Shown in pieces: positions 48,900-64,000 of a DNA stretch of 64,000 nt. Within the stretch, counting starts at the first letter, position 1. Each line of letters begins with the position of its first letter. Source of the DNA: Octopus sinensis. Taxonomy: Eukaryota. Under the pieces are notes generated by a model that had not been told where the DNA came from, did no database searches, and saw nothing but the letters and a program-made list of their open reading frames with translations. Location: NCBI RefSeq assembly GCF_006345805.1, contig NC_043004.1, positions 72,044,001-72,108,000 on the forward strand, read 5' to 3'. Made by a program: the position numbers and the translations under genes.

Positions 48900-51800
48900 G
48901 AATTCCTTATTTCAGAGTCTATCTTTCACCAGCACGTATCGATGTTCAAATGTGAAGTCAAAGATATTTCTCACACAACCACCTTCACATATTTTTCTGT
49001 CATTTGCTCACTAAACTTTCTGGAACATTCTGCTGCACACAACGATCGGTTCATGTGTTTGCTTTCCAAATGTAATATTCAAAGAGGGGCTATGTATAGT
49101 CGCTTCTTTATTGCTGTATATTTTTGTAGTCCGTCGCGAGCCAGGTGTCGTTGTTAAATAAAATATTTTTATCAATGAAAAATACTTGTTTGTCATATTT
49201 CTCAAATACCTCCCTTTTCTCTACATCAACTTCAACACATAAAATAAATACTAAAATGGATGACTTCGATTTTAGAAATTTTGATTAGCAACTGGCCCAA
49301 CTAATGATTAAAGGAAATTTAACAACCCATACACTACGTTTTAAGATATTTGCACTTTACAATAACATACTTTCAAAATAAGGTTTTTCTATTACACCAT
49401 GTCTCCGGGTTTAACTATTTCTATCAAATATACCAAGATTTACCACCGAAAATGGCCTCGAGTTTTCCTTCACTGCAGGAATGTTACTCTTTATCTCAAA
49501 AATCATCATCGACAAAATATACATCTCTAGTCAGCGTATTTTCTTCACCTTCAGAAAGCAGACAACGCATCGAGAAAATGGAAAACCGAGCTTCATTCAT
49601 GGCCGAAGACTAAATATTGTTTGCGATGACATCAATAGTTCCTGGCTTGACTCTTTGTAGAGTGTTTAAAGTTGTTGTGTTATTTCTGTTACATTATAGA
49701 TTAGACGATGAAGTATTTTGGATACTTCATGCTTTTTCTTTTAGTGGTTGACCAACATTTCCCTTGTTTGAATTGCCTTATTCATAAAACTTTGATCCAG
49801 TTCCCAATATGAAGGACTCTTTCTTAATTACTCAATCTAGCATTTGTATCGCTTGATGTGAGGTGGAGGTATATAGTTATGTAGACAATTATTGTGTAAA
49901 TTTCTGCACATGTCTGCATCTATAGCATCAATAATACAAACACACACACGCATACAGACAACACATACGTACACACACATGCGCAGAGACACACATACAC
50001 ACACACTACAGTTCAGCTGACAGCGACCCATCATTTGTTGTCTGTAGTTTCTTCACTTTTACCCTATAACTAATCGTTCATATACACTACTTAACAATAC
50101 AATTATAGAACTTAATAAACTATAACAGTTTTGTGACAATCAGGGAAAAATTCGTAAGCCTATACACCTTATTGTATGGTGGGAATCGGTGACTAATCTG
50201 GCTGCACCACCAAACTTGCTTGGTAAATAGGGTAGTTCTTGGACCTGCTGTGGGGTGACACACGAAAGTATTCAAAAAGTGGAAGAAGTCAGGAGAGTCA
50301 CCAACAACCTATGCTTTGAAACACAGCATGGGGTTTAAAATGTAAAATGAAAATAACGTACAAATCCAGGAATTCAAGTTCTGAACAGGAATACCCTGCA
50401 TTCATTCTTAGACAAAATGACGTCATCAGTTTCCAATTTTTCATAACTAGTAACAAGGAAAAAGAAAAAACGGAAAGAAAGAAAACAGGAAAGGGAACAC
50501 TTATTCAAACAGTTTAGTGTAGATGGGATGGAAATCTACTGACATCTTATCCACTCCTTCGGAGCTTGACGTTAGTAATTCTCAAATAAATTTTGAGGAC
50601 TGGAATTCCTGTAGAGTGACATAATTTTTCTAAGAATCTACACTTTCAGGTGCTCCTTAAAACGACAGACATTTGATGTAAGTTATTCGACAAATTCCGT
50701 CGAACTTCTGCTATTGTTCCTCACGACATTCCTATGACCATTGATTCTTTTAATTGTTGTCTTGCGCAGCCAACATGCATTATTACATTTCTGTTATGAT
50801 TTGTGATAGACTTGACTTCACTTATACTCTTGGACACTGAACGGCGGTTTACCTCTCTTGCGGCTGTTTTTCGGGGCACAGCGTTCAGAAACTCCTATTT
50901 TTACTGGGGCTTCTTTGTATGAATGGAGCAACAGTATGATCTAAAGAAGGAATTATTTACACTAACCACCAAAGAAACCCATCTGCTGTTCATGGATGAT
51001 AGTGATTACACAAAATGCAAATATTATTTTACGTCAGACCTTAACTCATAACCTTATTTATCATAATTCACTCCAGAAAAATATTATGTCAAGAACCTCA
51101 GACGCAGTCCTCAAAAGGTGTTCACCATCAATTTCCACGAGGTTCAAGAAAAATCAGTTTTGGAAAAGATCTTCCAGCAGAACTGACACGAAATTGTATA
51201 GAAAGCAACATTAACCTTAAGCAGTTTATGTTGCTCGTGCGAGTTGAATACATTAAATATAACTTTAAGAGAAAAGAAAAACAAGTTTACAAATACAATT
51301 TCTGAGGAGAAAAACAAACTGATGCAAAATACTTTCAATATATGCAATGGTAGTTTCGAAAACACGGAATAGTAGAAACAATTTCAATCCATATTAATAT
51401 TAAATTCACTTACCTTTAAGAATCATTGCTCTTACAGACTTTCTAAGCGAACCTCAGAAATAATTAATATTTAAACAAGCTTTGCTTTTTCTTTTTCCAA
51501 GTTTGACAAACGTGTTGATATTAAATTTCTTTTCTCTTGCTCCTGATAAATGACGAATAAAAATAGGAAGCCTTGGCAAATTTTGTGAACCCGGTTGATT
51601 TATTTTACACTGGCTTCGGGAATAATGATGTGTTCTTAAAATAATATCACCAGCTTTATTCCACCTTTGTAAAGTAGGGACACAGACTTGAATTTACTTT
51701 TCCTACAATTCCTAAAATAATCACCAAGTAATTTCAATTTTCTTGATCAAATTTTTCAACCTGTGATTTTCTGTTTTACTATTCAAAACGCTTTAATATG

Positions 51801-53006
51801 AAAGTTGCCAGTCTTATCATCAGCTTCGTAAAATAGTTTTAACAATCAATATCCACTTCTGATCAACAATGTCCACAAATAAACTAGTCAAAACAAGCCA
51901 GAGATCTTTATACATATCTTCAGCACGTTTAATATATTGACGGATTTCAGTTTGATTATTTTTATTTTACACTTGATAGATGGCTTTTTTTTAATGCTGT
52001 CGGAAGAGGTGTGGTAAAACTACATAAGTGTATTGATGAAATGAAGGCGAGACTTGTTTTGTATTCTGGGATGAAGTCAATGCTGCAAAAATCCTCATCA
52101 AGATGTTGCAGTTCTGTATTTCAAAATGTACCCTTTGTCTATTCATCCCCCACTAATATTGTTAACTTTATCACTTTAACTAATTTTAACATTAAATTTT
52201 TCAATCTCTGCGATCCAGCCTTTTCAATCCTCTGCCTTTTAAGTTTCCCTTAATTTATACCTGGCAATTCTTAGATTTACTCACAGATCATACAGTCATT
52301 TTGTATTTTCTCTTTATTTACCAGTTCCCGAACAATAATTTCCATTATATCTTATATTATTGAATTTGACTGCTTATATACAGTCCACTTCTGGACGAAA
52401 GCTTCAGCAGGTTTTCTCCACCTAGCACGGTCTGATGAGGAGGCCGTAAATTCGCGGTTGAGGTGATACTGGTTTTGATGAACCTACTTTTCCACACTGG
52501 TATGACATTGCTTGGCAGAAAATGCAGATTTTTATACTCTTGTGCAAGAGTAGTTAAATCGGTTACATCCACCGCAGTACTCAATTCGTACATATTTTAT
52601 CGACCCCGAAACAATGAAAGGTAAAGTCAGCCTCAGCGGAATTTGAACTCAGAATGTAAGGACGTGCTACATACCGCTAAGCGCTTTGCCCGACGTGCTA
52701 ACGATTGTAGCAGGTCAACGCCTATTTCTTATTGTACTTTTTAGAAACTTTTTATTAGATTTTGTAAATTAACAGTTCCTACGTTTATATATTCGATATA
52801 TATTTGCGTAGTTCTAAATAATATTTCAACCATTTTAATAATTGCTTCAATTCCACTTTTGCATAACTTAGAACTTGTGATGTTCTTTGATTGATTTGGC
52901 AACGGGTTTAACTTACAATGAACCTTAGTTGCCAACATCCTCCTACATAAAATATAAATTCCCTTCAATTCAACTGTACATAGTAGCCTACACATATAGA
53001 TATAAT

Positions 53007-53010
<4 letters not shown>
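48900..53010. pseudogene. Decayed blocks A and B (copy 2)
   Basis: Patchy colinear homology to 8100-9130 and 14830-17400. Confidence 0.45.
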
Positions 53011-53065
<55 letters not shown>

Positions 53066-53157
53066 GTAAATATATAGGATGGCGAATATGTTTAGTAATT
53101 TCATCATCAGTGGCCTAGCATGTAGGAAAAGTCAATGGACAACATATTCTCAATATA

Positions 53158-54205
<1,048 letters not shown>

Positions 54206-54206
54206 A

Positions 54207-54270
<64 letters not shown>

Positions 54271-54313
54271 GATATATATATATATATACATATATATACA
54301 CACACACACACAC

Positions 54314-54379
<66 letters not shown>

Positions 54380-55754
54380 TGTTATATAATATGATATACG
54401 AGATGATTTTGCGATACGGCGTTATCTTGTCTCTTTATATTAGATTATAAAACTAATCCTTCGACGGACCGGCGTCTTGTCAAAGGCTGGAGAACATATA
54501 AACTACAGAATACGGAGAAACCCGCCTTATGTGCCTAGAGCTTGGCAAATATTTTTGATCCTTTATGTGTGTGTGTGTGTGCGTGTGGGTGTGTGTGCAT
54601 GCATATTTTCAGACACAGATATATACATATAAGTATGTATGCCTTTGTTCAATATATTTCAAGATTTCTTGCCAATAGAGAAAGAGTTGGTTCCCAACCT
54701 AGATTTACGATTCCTTCATTGGAATTTCAGCATCAACAACAGGGTATTTTTTGTATGTATGTATGTATGTATGTATGTATGTATGTATGTATGTATGTAT
54801 GTATGTATGTATGTATATATGTATGTATGTATGAGGATTGTTGGGCAATCTGGAGGTATCTCTTTTCAGTATTGAGAATGTTTTAGTTCATCTGGTCGGA
54901 GAATGTTGTACTTTTCCGGGTTCGAGAATGCTTATGAGTTCATTTCTCTTCTGTGTTTTGTTGTTTGAATGCTTTCCCCTTTGATAATACCTAAATGAAT
55001 AAGTCTAAGCGGGTATTTTTGTTTTCCTAGAAATATATTTAATTCTTGTAATTCTTGTAATCTCTCATGCCGTAAAATACGGACCCGCTTTGCCTTTACA
55101 CTGTTGGTGTATAGAAAAGATATACTTTATCTTGCTTTCGCCAAAAATGGCAGTTCTTTGCTATTCTGTTGCAAATTTCATAAGGTATCTAGTCTATTTA
55201 GAAGGAATGGAGAATTCCGGGGTCTTTTTGATTTTTGTTCCAAAAGATGAAACATTCATCAAAATACTATTTCCAGTTGTTCTTCAAGTAAATGGAGAAT
55301 TTGGGTCAAATCCAATGTTAAGGACCTTCTTCTTAGCTATGGGTTCACATTATCGCTGATAATAGCCGATACATACATTCAATACTTTGTAAATTTGTCT
55401 TTAGGATCAACACCACTAAAGCCAACCCTATGCTTTTTTTCTATAAAGCGAAGGTTGCTTAATTCTACGCCATGAAATTTAAAATGATAACTATTTCTTA
55501 ATATTGAATTTCACATATGGATTTTTTTTCAGTTTCTTTTGTACATTTTAAAAATATGTTTTCCTAAATTTAACCTTCAAAACTTTAATACAATAAATTA
55601 ACTATACATCCCAACTCTCCGTTTCCTTCTCCTTATTAATATATATATATATATATATATATCTATATATATATATATATATAAAATATATATATATATG
55701 AATATGTTGTATGTATAGTTTGTATATGTATATAAAATATTAAGAACGATCGTT

Positions 55755-57100
55755 CTAGAATGGAATGCGTGCGTTCCGTCCATATAATAAATTAATAAAT
55801 GAATAAAACATATGTCATATATACATACATATATGTACGTACCTACCTCTACATGTATATACACTGCATATATGGGTACAGACACCCAAAAAAACGTCGA
55901 ACACAATGAGAAACGAAAACATAAACACAAAACCAAGGAAATGGACATTTTTCTTAAACAACGAAAAAATAGAGTACAGGACATGCTAAACAAAGAAAAT
56001 TCCCCTTCTTCAGTCGCCTTTGTTTCATCTACTCCACGTTTCCAATGTCAAGGCAATACGTGACTTTAATGAAACAATCCTTCCCGCGAAAATCAAATTA
56101 AACAAAATTTGAGATTTTTTGCGGAGGGGTAAAAATGGTAACAAAAACAGGACAGTAACGACAGTACAAAATATAAACAGTAAAAGACAGGACATGGAGA
56201 ATAACAGTAACACAAACAAGAAGTGCTGTTAAGCCGAACGAGATAAAAAAATTTACGAACGTTATTTTTTTAGAACGGCGAGGGAGCAACAGATGTGCCG
56301 TCTCTACTTGAGGTAGCCAGTAGAAGAAGACAGTAGCAGAGTTCTCGTCGCGGGGTCAACGACGGGAAGGAGGAGGAGGAGTAAGAGAAGGGAGAGAAAA
56401 TAGGGAATGGTTTAGAGAAAGAATGAAAATGAGAAGAGAGACAGTAAGGTAGAAGAGGAGCCAAAAGAATGAAGGCTGAGAAAGGAGGGAGAGATGGTTG
56501 TAGAGAAAAGAATGAAAAGAGAGAGGGAGAGACAGTAAGGTAGAAGAAAAGGAAAGCCAAAAGAATGAAGGCTGAGAAAGGGAGGGGGAGAGAAAGGTTA
56601 AGAGTGCGCATCATTATTAATATTAAGAACAATATTACTTAGAAATGGATGCGTGCGTTCCGTCATATAATAAATTAATAAATAAATAAAACACATGCAT
56701 ATATACATATATGTACGTACCTACCTCTACATGTATATATACATGCATATATGGGTACAGGACACCAAAACAACGTCGAACACAATGAGAAACGAAAACA
56801 TAAACACAAAACCAAGGAAATGGACATTTTTGTTCAACAACGAAAAAATAGAGTACAGGACATACAAAACAAGGAAAATTCCCCTTCTTCAGTCACCTTT
56901 GTTTCATCTATTCCACGTTTCGAAGGTCAAGGTGATACATGTCCATTTCCTTGGTTTTGTGTTTATGTTTTCGTTTCTCATTGTGTTCGACGTTTTTTTT
57001 GGTGTCCTGTACCCATATATGCATGTATATATACATATAGATGTAGGTACGTACATATATGTATGTATATATGCATATGTTTTATTTATTTATTAATTTT
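55755..57100. repeat. Direct plus inverted duplication of a ~300 bp repeat (Penelope pseudo-LTR-like arrangement)
   Basis: 55757-56060 resembles 56640-56938; 56938-57100 is the reverse complement of ~56672-56830. Confidence 0.8.
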
Positions 57101-57124
57101 TCATATATATATATATGTGTGTGT

Positions 57125-57780
57125 ATACTCTTTTACTCTTTTTATTCTTTTACTTGTTTCAGTCATTTGAATGTGGCCATGCTGGAACACCGCCTTTAGT
57201 CGAGCAAATCGACCCCAGGACTTCTTTGTAAGCCCTGTATTTATTCTATCGGTCTCTTTTGCCGAATCGCTATATGTATATATATATATATGTGTGTGTG
57301 TGTGTATTTATACATGAATATATATATATATATGTAGTGGAGGGGCGTGATTTCGTGGTTAGGGTGTCAGCATAATGATTGTGGTTTCGATTCCAGGACC
57401 GGGCGACGCGTTGTGTTCTTCAGCAAAACACTTCATTTCACGTTGCTCCAGTTCACTCAGCTGGCAAAATTGAGCAACACTGCGATGGACTGACGTCCCG
57501 TACAGCTGGGGAACACATACGCCACTGAAACCGGGAAACCGGGCCCATGAGCCTCGCTAGGCTTTAAAAGGGCACATTTATTATTTTATTGTATATATAT
57601 GGTACAATAGGCGCAGGAGTGGCTGTGTGGTAAGTAGCTTGCTAACCAGCCACATGGTTCTGGGTTCAGTCCCACTGCGTGGCATCTTGGGCAAGTGACT
57701 TCTGCTATAGCCCCGGGCCGACCAATGCCTTGTGAGTGGATTTGGTAGACGGAAACTGAAAGAAGCCTGTCGTATATATG

Positions 57781-57832
<52 letters not shown>

Positions 57833-58040
57833 TGTGTGTGTTTGTCCCCCTAGCATTGCTTGACAACCGATGCTGGTGTGTTTACGTCCCCGTCACTTAG
57901 CGGTTCGGCAAAAGAGACCGATAGAATAAGTACTGGGCTTACAATGAATAAGCCCTGGGGTCTATTTGCTCAACTAAAAGGCGGTGCTCCAGCATGGCCG
58001 CAGTCAAATGACTGAAACAAGTAAAAGAGTAAAAGAGTAT
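57125..58040. mobile_element. Cluster of three tRNA-derived SINEs (57125-57270 minus, 57340-57580 plus, 57608-58040 plus)
   Basis: Matches to the families at 18243-18750 and 1983-2292. Confidence 0.85.
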
Positions 58041-58479
58041 ATATATAAGTATATATGCTTACATGCATACATATATAAAGAAACTGGAATAAAAAAGAAA
58101 GTCCATCAGTTTAAAAGAAGTTACAAGTTGGGACAAGAAATATATTTGTAGTCTTACAGACGCTGAGACATTAAGTCGTCGATAAATTTAAAGCTAATGA
58201 AAAGGTAATATTTACGTCCGGTTACTGAATACGAAACACAAATTAACATCGAGTCAAAAGATAATCATTAATGATCGATTTGTCATGAGTTTAGCTTATT
58301 TCTTCTCAACATACCGTTATAATGATTTTACACGGGTAAATGACTATTTCTGGTGAATGGTGATCTAGTTACATTTTTGTACCTAAAACAATAGTTTTGA
58401 TGCAATTTTCTAATGGAAACAGTACATATCAAACAAATATAATTAGTTTTTTTTTTTTCATTACTTCAGACAAGAGACA

Positions 58480-59224
<745 letters not shown>

Positions 59225-59237
59225 TAGATATAGATAT

Positions 59238-59268
<31 letters not shown>

Positions 59269-59518
59269 CATGCGTGTGTATACATATATGTATATTGTAT
59301 TTCGGGACGGTCATTTTTTGCCAAATAAACACACGCTCTCTATATTTTTTCTTCACTCATTTATTACTGTTCTTATTTTATTATTTTAACTCATGTCTAT
59401 TGTCTTACATCTGTGATCTCTGCAGTGAAATGTTTCGTTTTCGTGTGTATTCTTGTCCACTTAGTCCATTCTGTGCTTCCAAGATGTGTGCCTTTATGTG
59501 CACATGCGTTTGTATCCT

Positions 59519-59605
<87 letters not shown>

Positions 59606-60974
59606 ATGTGTGTGCATGCTTCTGTGTGTTTCATAACTTTTAGCGGCAGTGTGGCCTTCAACTCAGCCACATCCGCTCACCCCATTCTGCTGCTGCTGTC
59701 CTAAGACCCGAAAAAATGGTACACATCATGTATCCCTCTGTCTCCGCTTCCGTGTTTATTTGAGGGTTCATGTGCTTGTGTTTGTGTGTGTGTAGGTTCG
59801 CTTCATATGCATTCATGCCCTTTATGCAGTTTTATTTATTTTATTCCTCTCTGTTTTACATTTATCACAGGTATGTGAAACATATATTTATATATTTATT
59901 TTCTATTTATGTGTTTATTTATTTACTTATTTCTTTTATACATCTACCTATATTGCTCATGAGTATCACAGCCAAGTTCATATATGACTATTGTGTGTGT
60001 ATTACCAAGTCTGTTTCTGTGTATTATTTACAGTATTTTCCCCTCTCTCTTCACATCACTATTGTTTTTAGTCATGTGGCGTGATGTGATGTGGTGCGGT
60101 GGTGGATGTTACTGTTCCATTCGTGTTATCTATTGAGGCTCAGGTTGTCTACTGTTATATGCATAGCCTCTGTAATCTGTCTAAGTGTCGTGTCAGTTCT
60201 ATGTGTCTATAGTATTTTAACCTTTATGGTATTAATAATAGAGCATTCTAGCAGAGCACTAACGAGCTTTTCCCTTCTTTGAACTGTCGCTAATCCTTAC
60301 CTATACACTCTTCTATGCTACGTGCAATCACACCAATGTAGGTAGTTTTCATGTTTCTGTACCGCCCCTTAGTACATAGTTAGCTATGCACTACATTCTT
60401 AACCTTACTGTTAATCTGTGGGTCCTTCCTACATACAACATAACTGCATTCCATATAGGGGTCTTATCAAAGAGATAGGTATTGCAGACCAGGGATTTTA
60501 TCTATGTATTTCACACAACGCCATGGAGTGTTTTTATATATTTTCCTGTCAATTGAAAGCACAAACCTAATCGAAAAGCTCAACAATATCATTTCAAGAG
60601 GTCTGACACATCATCAAATAAAAATTCCTTTAAGCACGAGAAGCAAGAAGTTTCCAGCATTAATACCCAGACATCTCTTACTACATTCTGCCATCCAATA
60701 TGAAGAATATCTATTTCTGCAATATCTATTTCTCAAGCGAATAGTTACCATTCAAATATGGTAAGTACCAAAGCACGCAAACTCACTACTTTAACAGAGG
60801 CTAAATGCACTTTCAGAAACACAAATCCATGTTGCTTCAGCCATTAATGTAACGCCGAGAAGCAATGTATGTTTGACAGATGGCTCTTCTGACAAAGCTA
60901 TCTTTTATATATGACATAATTAAAATATCTGTATGGTGAATGTTGCAATCATGCACCTCTTCCTTATGACACAT

Positions 60975-63900
60975 AAGAAAGTAGAATATGGTAACATCGT
61001 TATCTGTTTGGATTTGGAATTTAAAAATATTCTGCTGTTTATTTACATATTAAATGGAAGATCCTAAAGGGGTGCAAACAATATATAAATAAATGAGAGA
61101 TAAGCATAGCTCAGAAGAGTTCCATGCAGAAAAATGTTAACAATTATGAAATTACCTAAACGATCAGAAATTATTAAGAGATGTTTTCCCGATGATAAAT
61201 ACCTTCTATAGTTCTGGCTGATCGCGCCACCATTAAATCGACCAACATTTCAGTTTCACTTATTTCTTTTAACTCACGTTCTCACAATTTATATTTATCT
61301 TCGGCTTCGTAAATCTTTGTATATCTCGCCAGCGGTTTTACTCCTTAATTGACATTCCCCTACACACAATCATCTATGTGATTGACTGTAACGCGACTGC
61401 TTCATCTTCTAATTACGGGTGCAGGTTCAATTTATAAAATGTCATTTCTATATGCTCCATTAAGTATGTTAATCTACACCTAACTGTATTGAAACGTACC
61501 CATCTAGTTGGCTTCGGAACCGTCATTCACCATGCATTACTTACCTGATAATGAGTGAGTCTAAACTCTTAGCAGTTGCTGAAAGAATTAGAAATTACAA
61601 CCAAATCTTAATCACATCTCACTTCACGACTTAAGAACTCATCCGGATAATTTGGTCTTTATTGAACACTGTCTGCAAAAAAAGACGAGATGATAATGGC
61701 CGCAATTCCTGGAATATAGAACGTTACTCAATCCGGGCTCCAACAAACTTATTGCTAGATAACAATAAGTAGACTTCGAAGATTCTAAGCTATTTTTGTT
61801 GAAATGGCATATATTCCTCTGATTTTGCTAATTGTACCTAAACTCATTTCTATAGTTTTAATTCTGCAGTATTTTTCATATCTTTTTTTTTTAAGTAGCG
61901 ACATGTTTAGATTTTTTTATGGTAGATGATCATGCATCAAACCAACCTTAATACATAACTTAGGCACCTCTATCGATAGAAGCTAAGTCAAAGTGTATTT
62001 ATCATGGCTAGATCCTAACGCAGAAGTCAGAGTAAGAAATATTGTAAAGAGGTTTGTTCCCAAATTGGAATAGTAATTTAAGAAGTCCATACCTTTCTCG
62101 GAGTACGTTATCAATGTTTACACTAATCCAAAATACAAGCTTAATCAGCTTCATTTCATGAAAATTCTAACCTCTTACAATAATCTTTTATCTCTGTCCA
62201 CTCCCCTTTCAACATCATTAATAATGATTGGTCTAGTGCAAAATAAAAACAAATAAACAAAGTGACAGCTATCAATATACTGCGAAGTTAAAATCCATTT
62301 CTTTTGTTCATCAAATGTGTAAATATATGTGACTTGTTTCAAGCAGTTTATTTGCGTAGGTCGATGGATAGAAGTGGACATTGATTGGAAAACGAAGCCT
62401 ATGACATAACTGACAACATACTTATAATCCTGATCACAAAACACTCGAGATAGAAAGAAAAAGACTAAAATAGCCTAACGGCAACCTCTAGTGTTAGAGG
62501 GAAGGTAATTTCATTTTGCCCACATATATTTACAAAGGTGGACAAGAATTGACGATATTGTTTTAAGGACATCTTTTTTGAAGGCAGTATTAAATCAACT
62601 GGTTTGATCGACCTGTGTCAGAACGACGATAAAATACCAAATAACCCCGTTTACCGAAACTGGAAAAAAAAAAGAGAAGCATCAAGTGGCAGAAGATCTT
62701 TCCAGTGAGACACCTCTGTTTCGGCGAATTTCAAGTCGAAGTGAATATTACAAGGCAACTCTGTAACAGTCATGAATGTTAAAGGTAAGAGAATTAATGT
62801 TATTAGGAATTGAATGAGAGAAATAACCACAATTGTTTCTATAATTCTCTGTTAAAAAACACTATCACTGATTTGTGCTTTCATAACATTTGTTTTGCTA
62901 TTACCATTTCCCATCTAGAAAGACAGAGGAAGAGAAGACAGTGGCTTTGTAGAAGTTATACACCGACTGATAACATCTTTTATAATTTTACGTTCTGGTT
63001 TCAAATTCCACAGAGTTTTCTGTTCATCTACCCGTCTATTATGTGACCATTATCTCTGATAGAAATCATTTTTCTTTTTAGATAGACAGCAATAAATGCG
63101 CAAATCATTCGAACTAAATGCCACTATCTAATCTATATTCGACTTCCCCTCTCGCATATAATATACTGAAATTCGATCCAAATGATTATATAATTTTTGC
63201 TTTACAAAACCGCGTCTTTGTACATTTCTAAGAAAGTATTATCATTTCTAGTTAAAGAATTTTATTTAAACCTATTGAATGGAACACTTGATTTCAGCAT
63301 AACAACAATATAACGTTATTGAATTAGCTTTCTTCTAAATTCTTAAGACAGGGAGCGGTTGGGTAAAATATTTCTTCTGAACACTGTAACACGCGGTCTA
63401 CATCTGGATATGAACCTATGCGGTTTTACAATTATTATTCAGTCTCATACTTCAGATTAAACATTTCTAAATTTTGACACTTCTTGTTTCTGCAAATGCA
63501 ACTTTTCACTACGACTACAATTAGAATATTAGCTGTACTAGGACTGGATCCCAACATTGTGGAAGGCCTTCAAAAACACGAAGATATACCACACATGTGT
63601 TTCATTGACTTAACATTTGCTTTGATATTCAACCCTAGAAACTGAGAGGAATTACGTAAAGTGAAACACAGCAAGTAATTTGTCTCTAAGAATGAAATAT
63701 TGTTTCCTCAGATAATTCGTTCCGTGCATTGCAGGCATGGGAAGTGAATGGGACATTCCTGTATTCTTTAGTATCTTGTCAGTTATAAATTATCCTCCAA
63801 AAGTATCGGAAAGGTTTTTGTTAGAACCCTTTGGTATGTTATCATAAGAAATGTTGAATGCGGATATCATTTTTTTTCTTCAGAATTTCGACTTTTTATT

Positions 63901-64000
63901 TATGAACGATATTGTAAATGATCCCTTTCTATCGATGTAATCGATGGTTGCCTTTTTCTTGTACATATTTGTAGGTTCATTTATTTGCATGTTCCATTAG
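60975..64000. pseudogene. Decayed unidentified block C (copy 2), running off the window end
   Basis: Colinear homology to 22230-22480 and 23075-25890. Confidence 0.45.

Overview
Repeat-rich, AT-rich eukaryotic (animal) genomic DNA. The SINE families and dense (TA)n/(TG)n/(TAA)n/(GATA)n microsatellites suggest an octopod cephalopod (inference, not verified). The only convincing host genes are two spliced + strand paralogs of a secreted PAN/Apple-domain protein with an uncharacterised C-terminal 'FNGTG..SW' domain. Copy 2 has five phase-compatible coding exons (29861-47023). Only the last three exons of copy 1 are in the window (1683-7644). Both sit in a diverged tandem duplication with a period of roughly 35-42 kb. 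Each unit also carries a decayed, unidentified coding-like block present in direct and inverted copies. The rest is mobile DNA: R4/Dong-type RLE LINEs mostly in or beside (TAA)n, a CR1-group LINE, and RTE, HERO-like, Tx1-like and Penelope remnants. There are also tRNA-derived SINEs, mariner-type MITEs and a Chapaev3-like remnant. Unusual structure includes a ~3.5 kb decayed palindrome, several fold-back hairpins, and four families of minimal hammerhead-ribozyme-like motifs, some with non-canonical cores. Exon and hammerhead coordinates were counted by hand; repeat boundaries are approximate (about +/-50 bp). No database searches were run.
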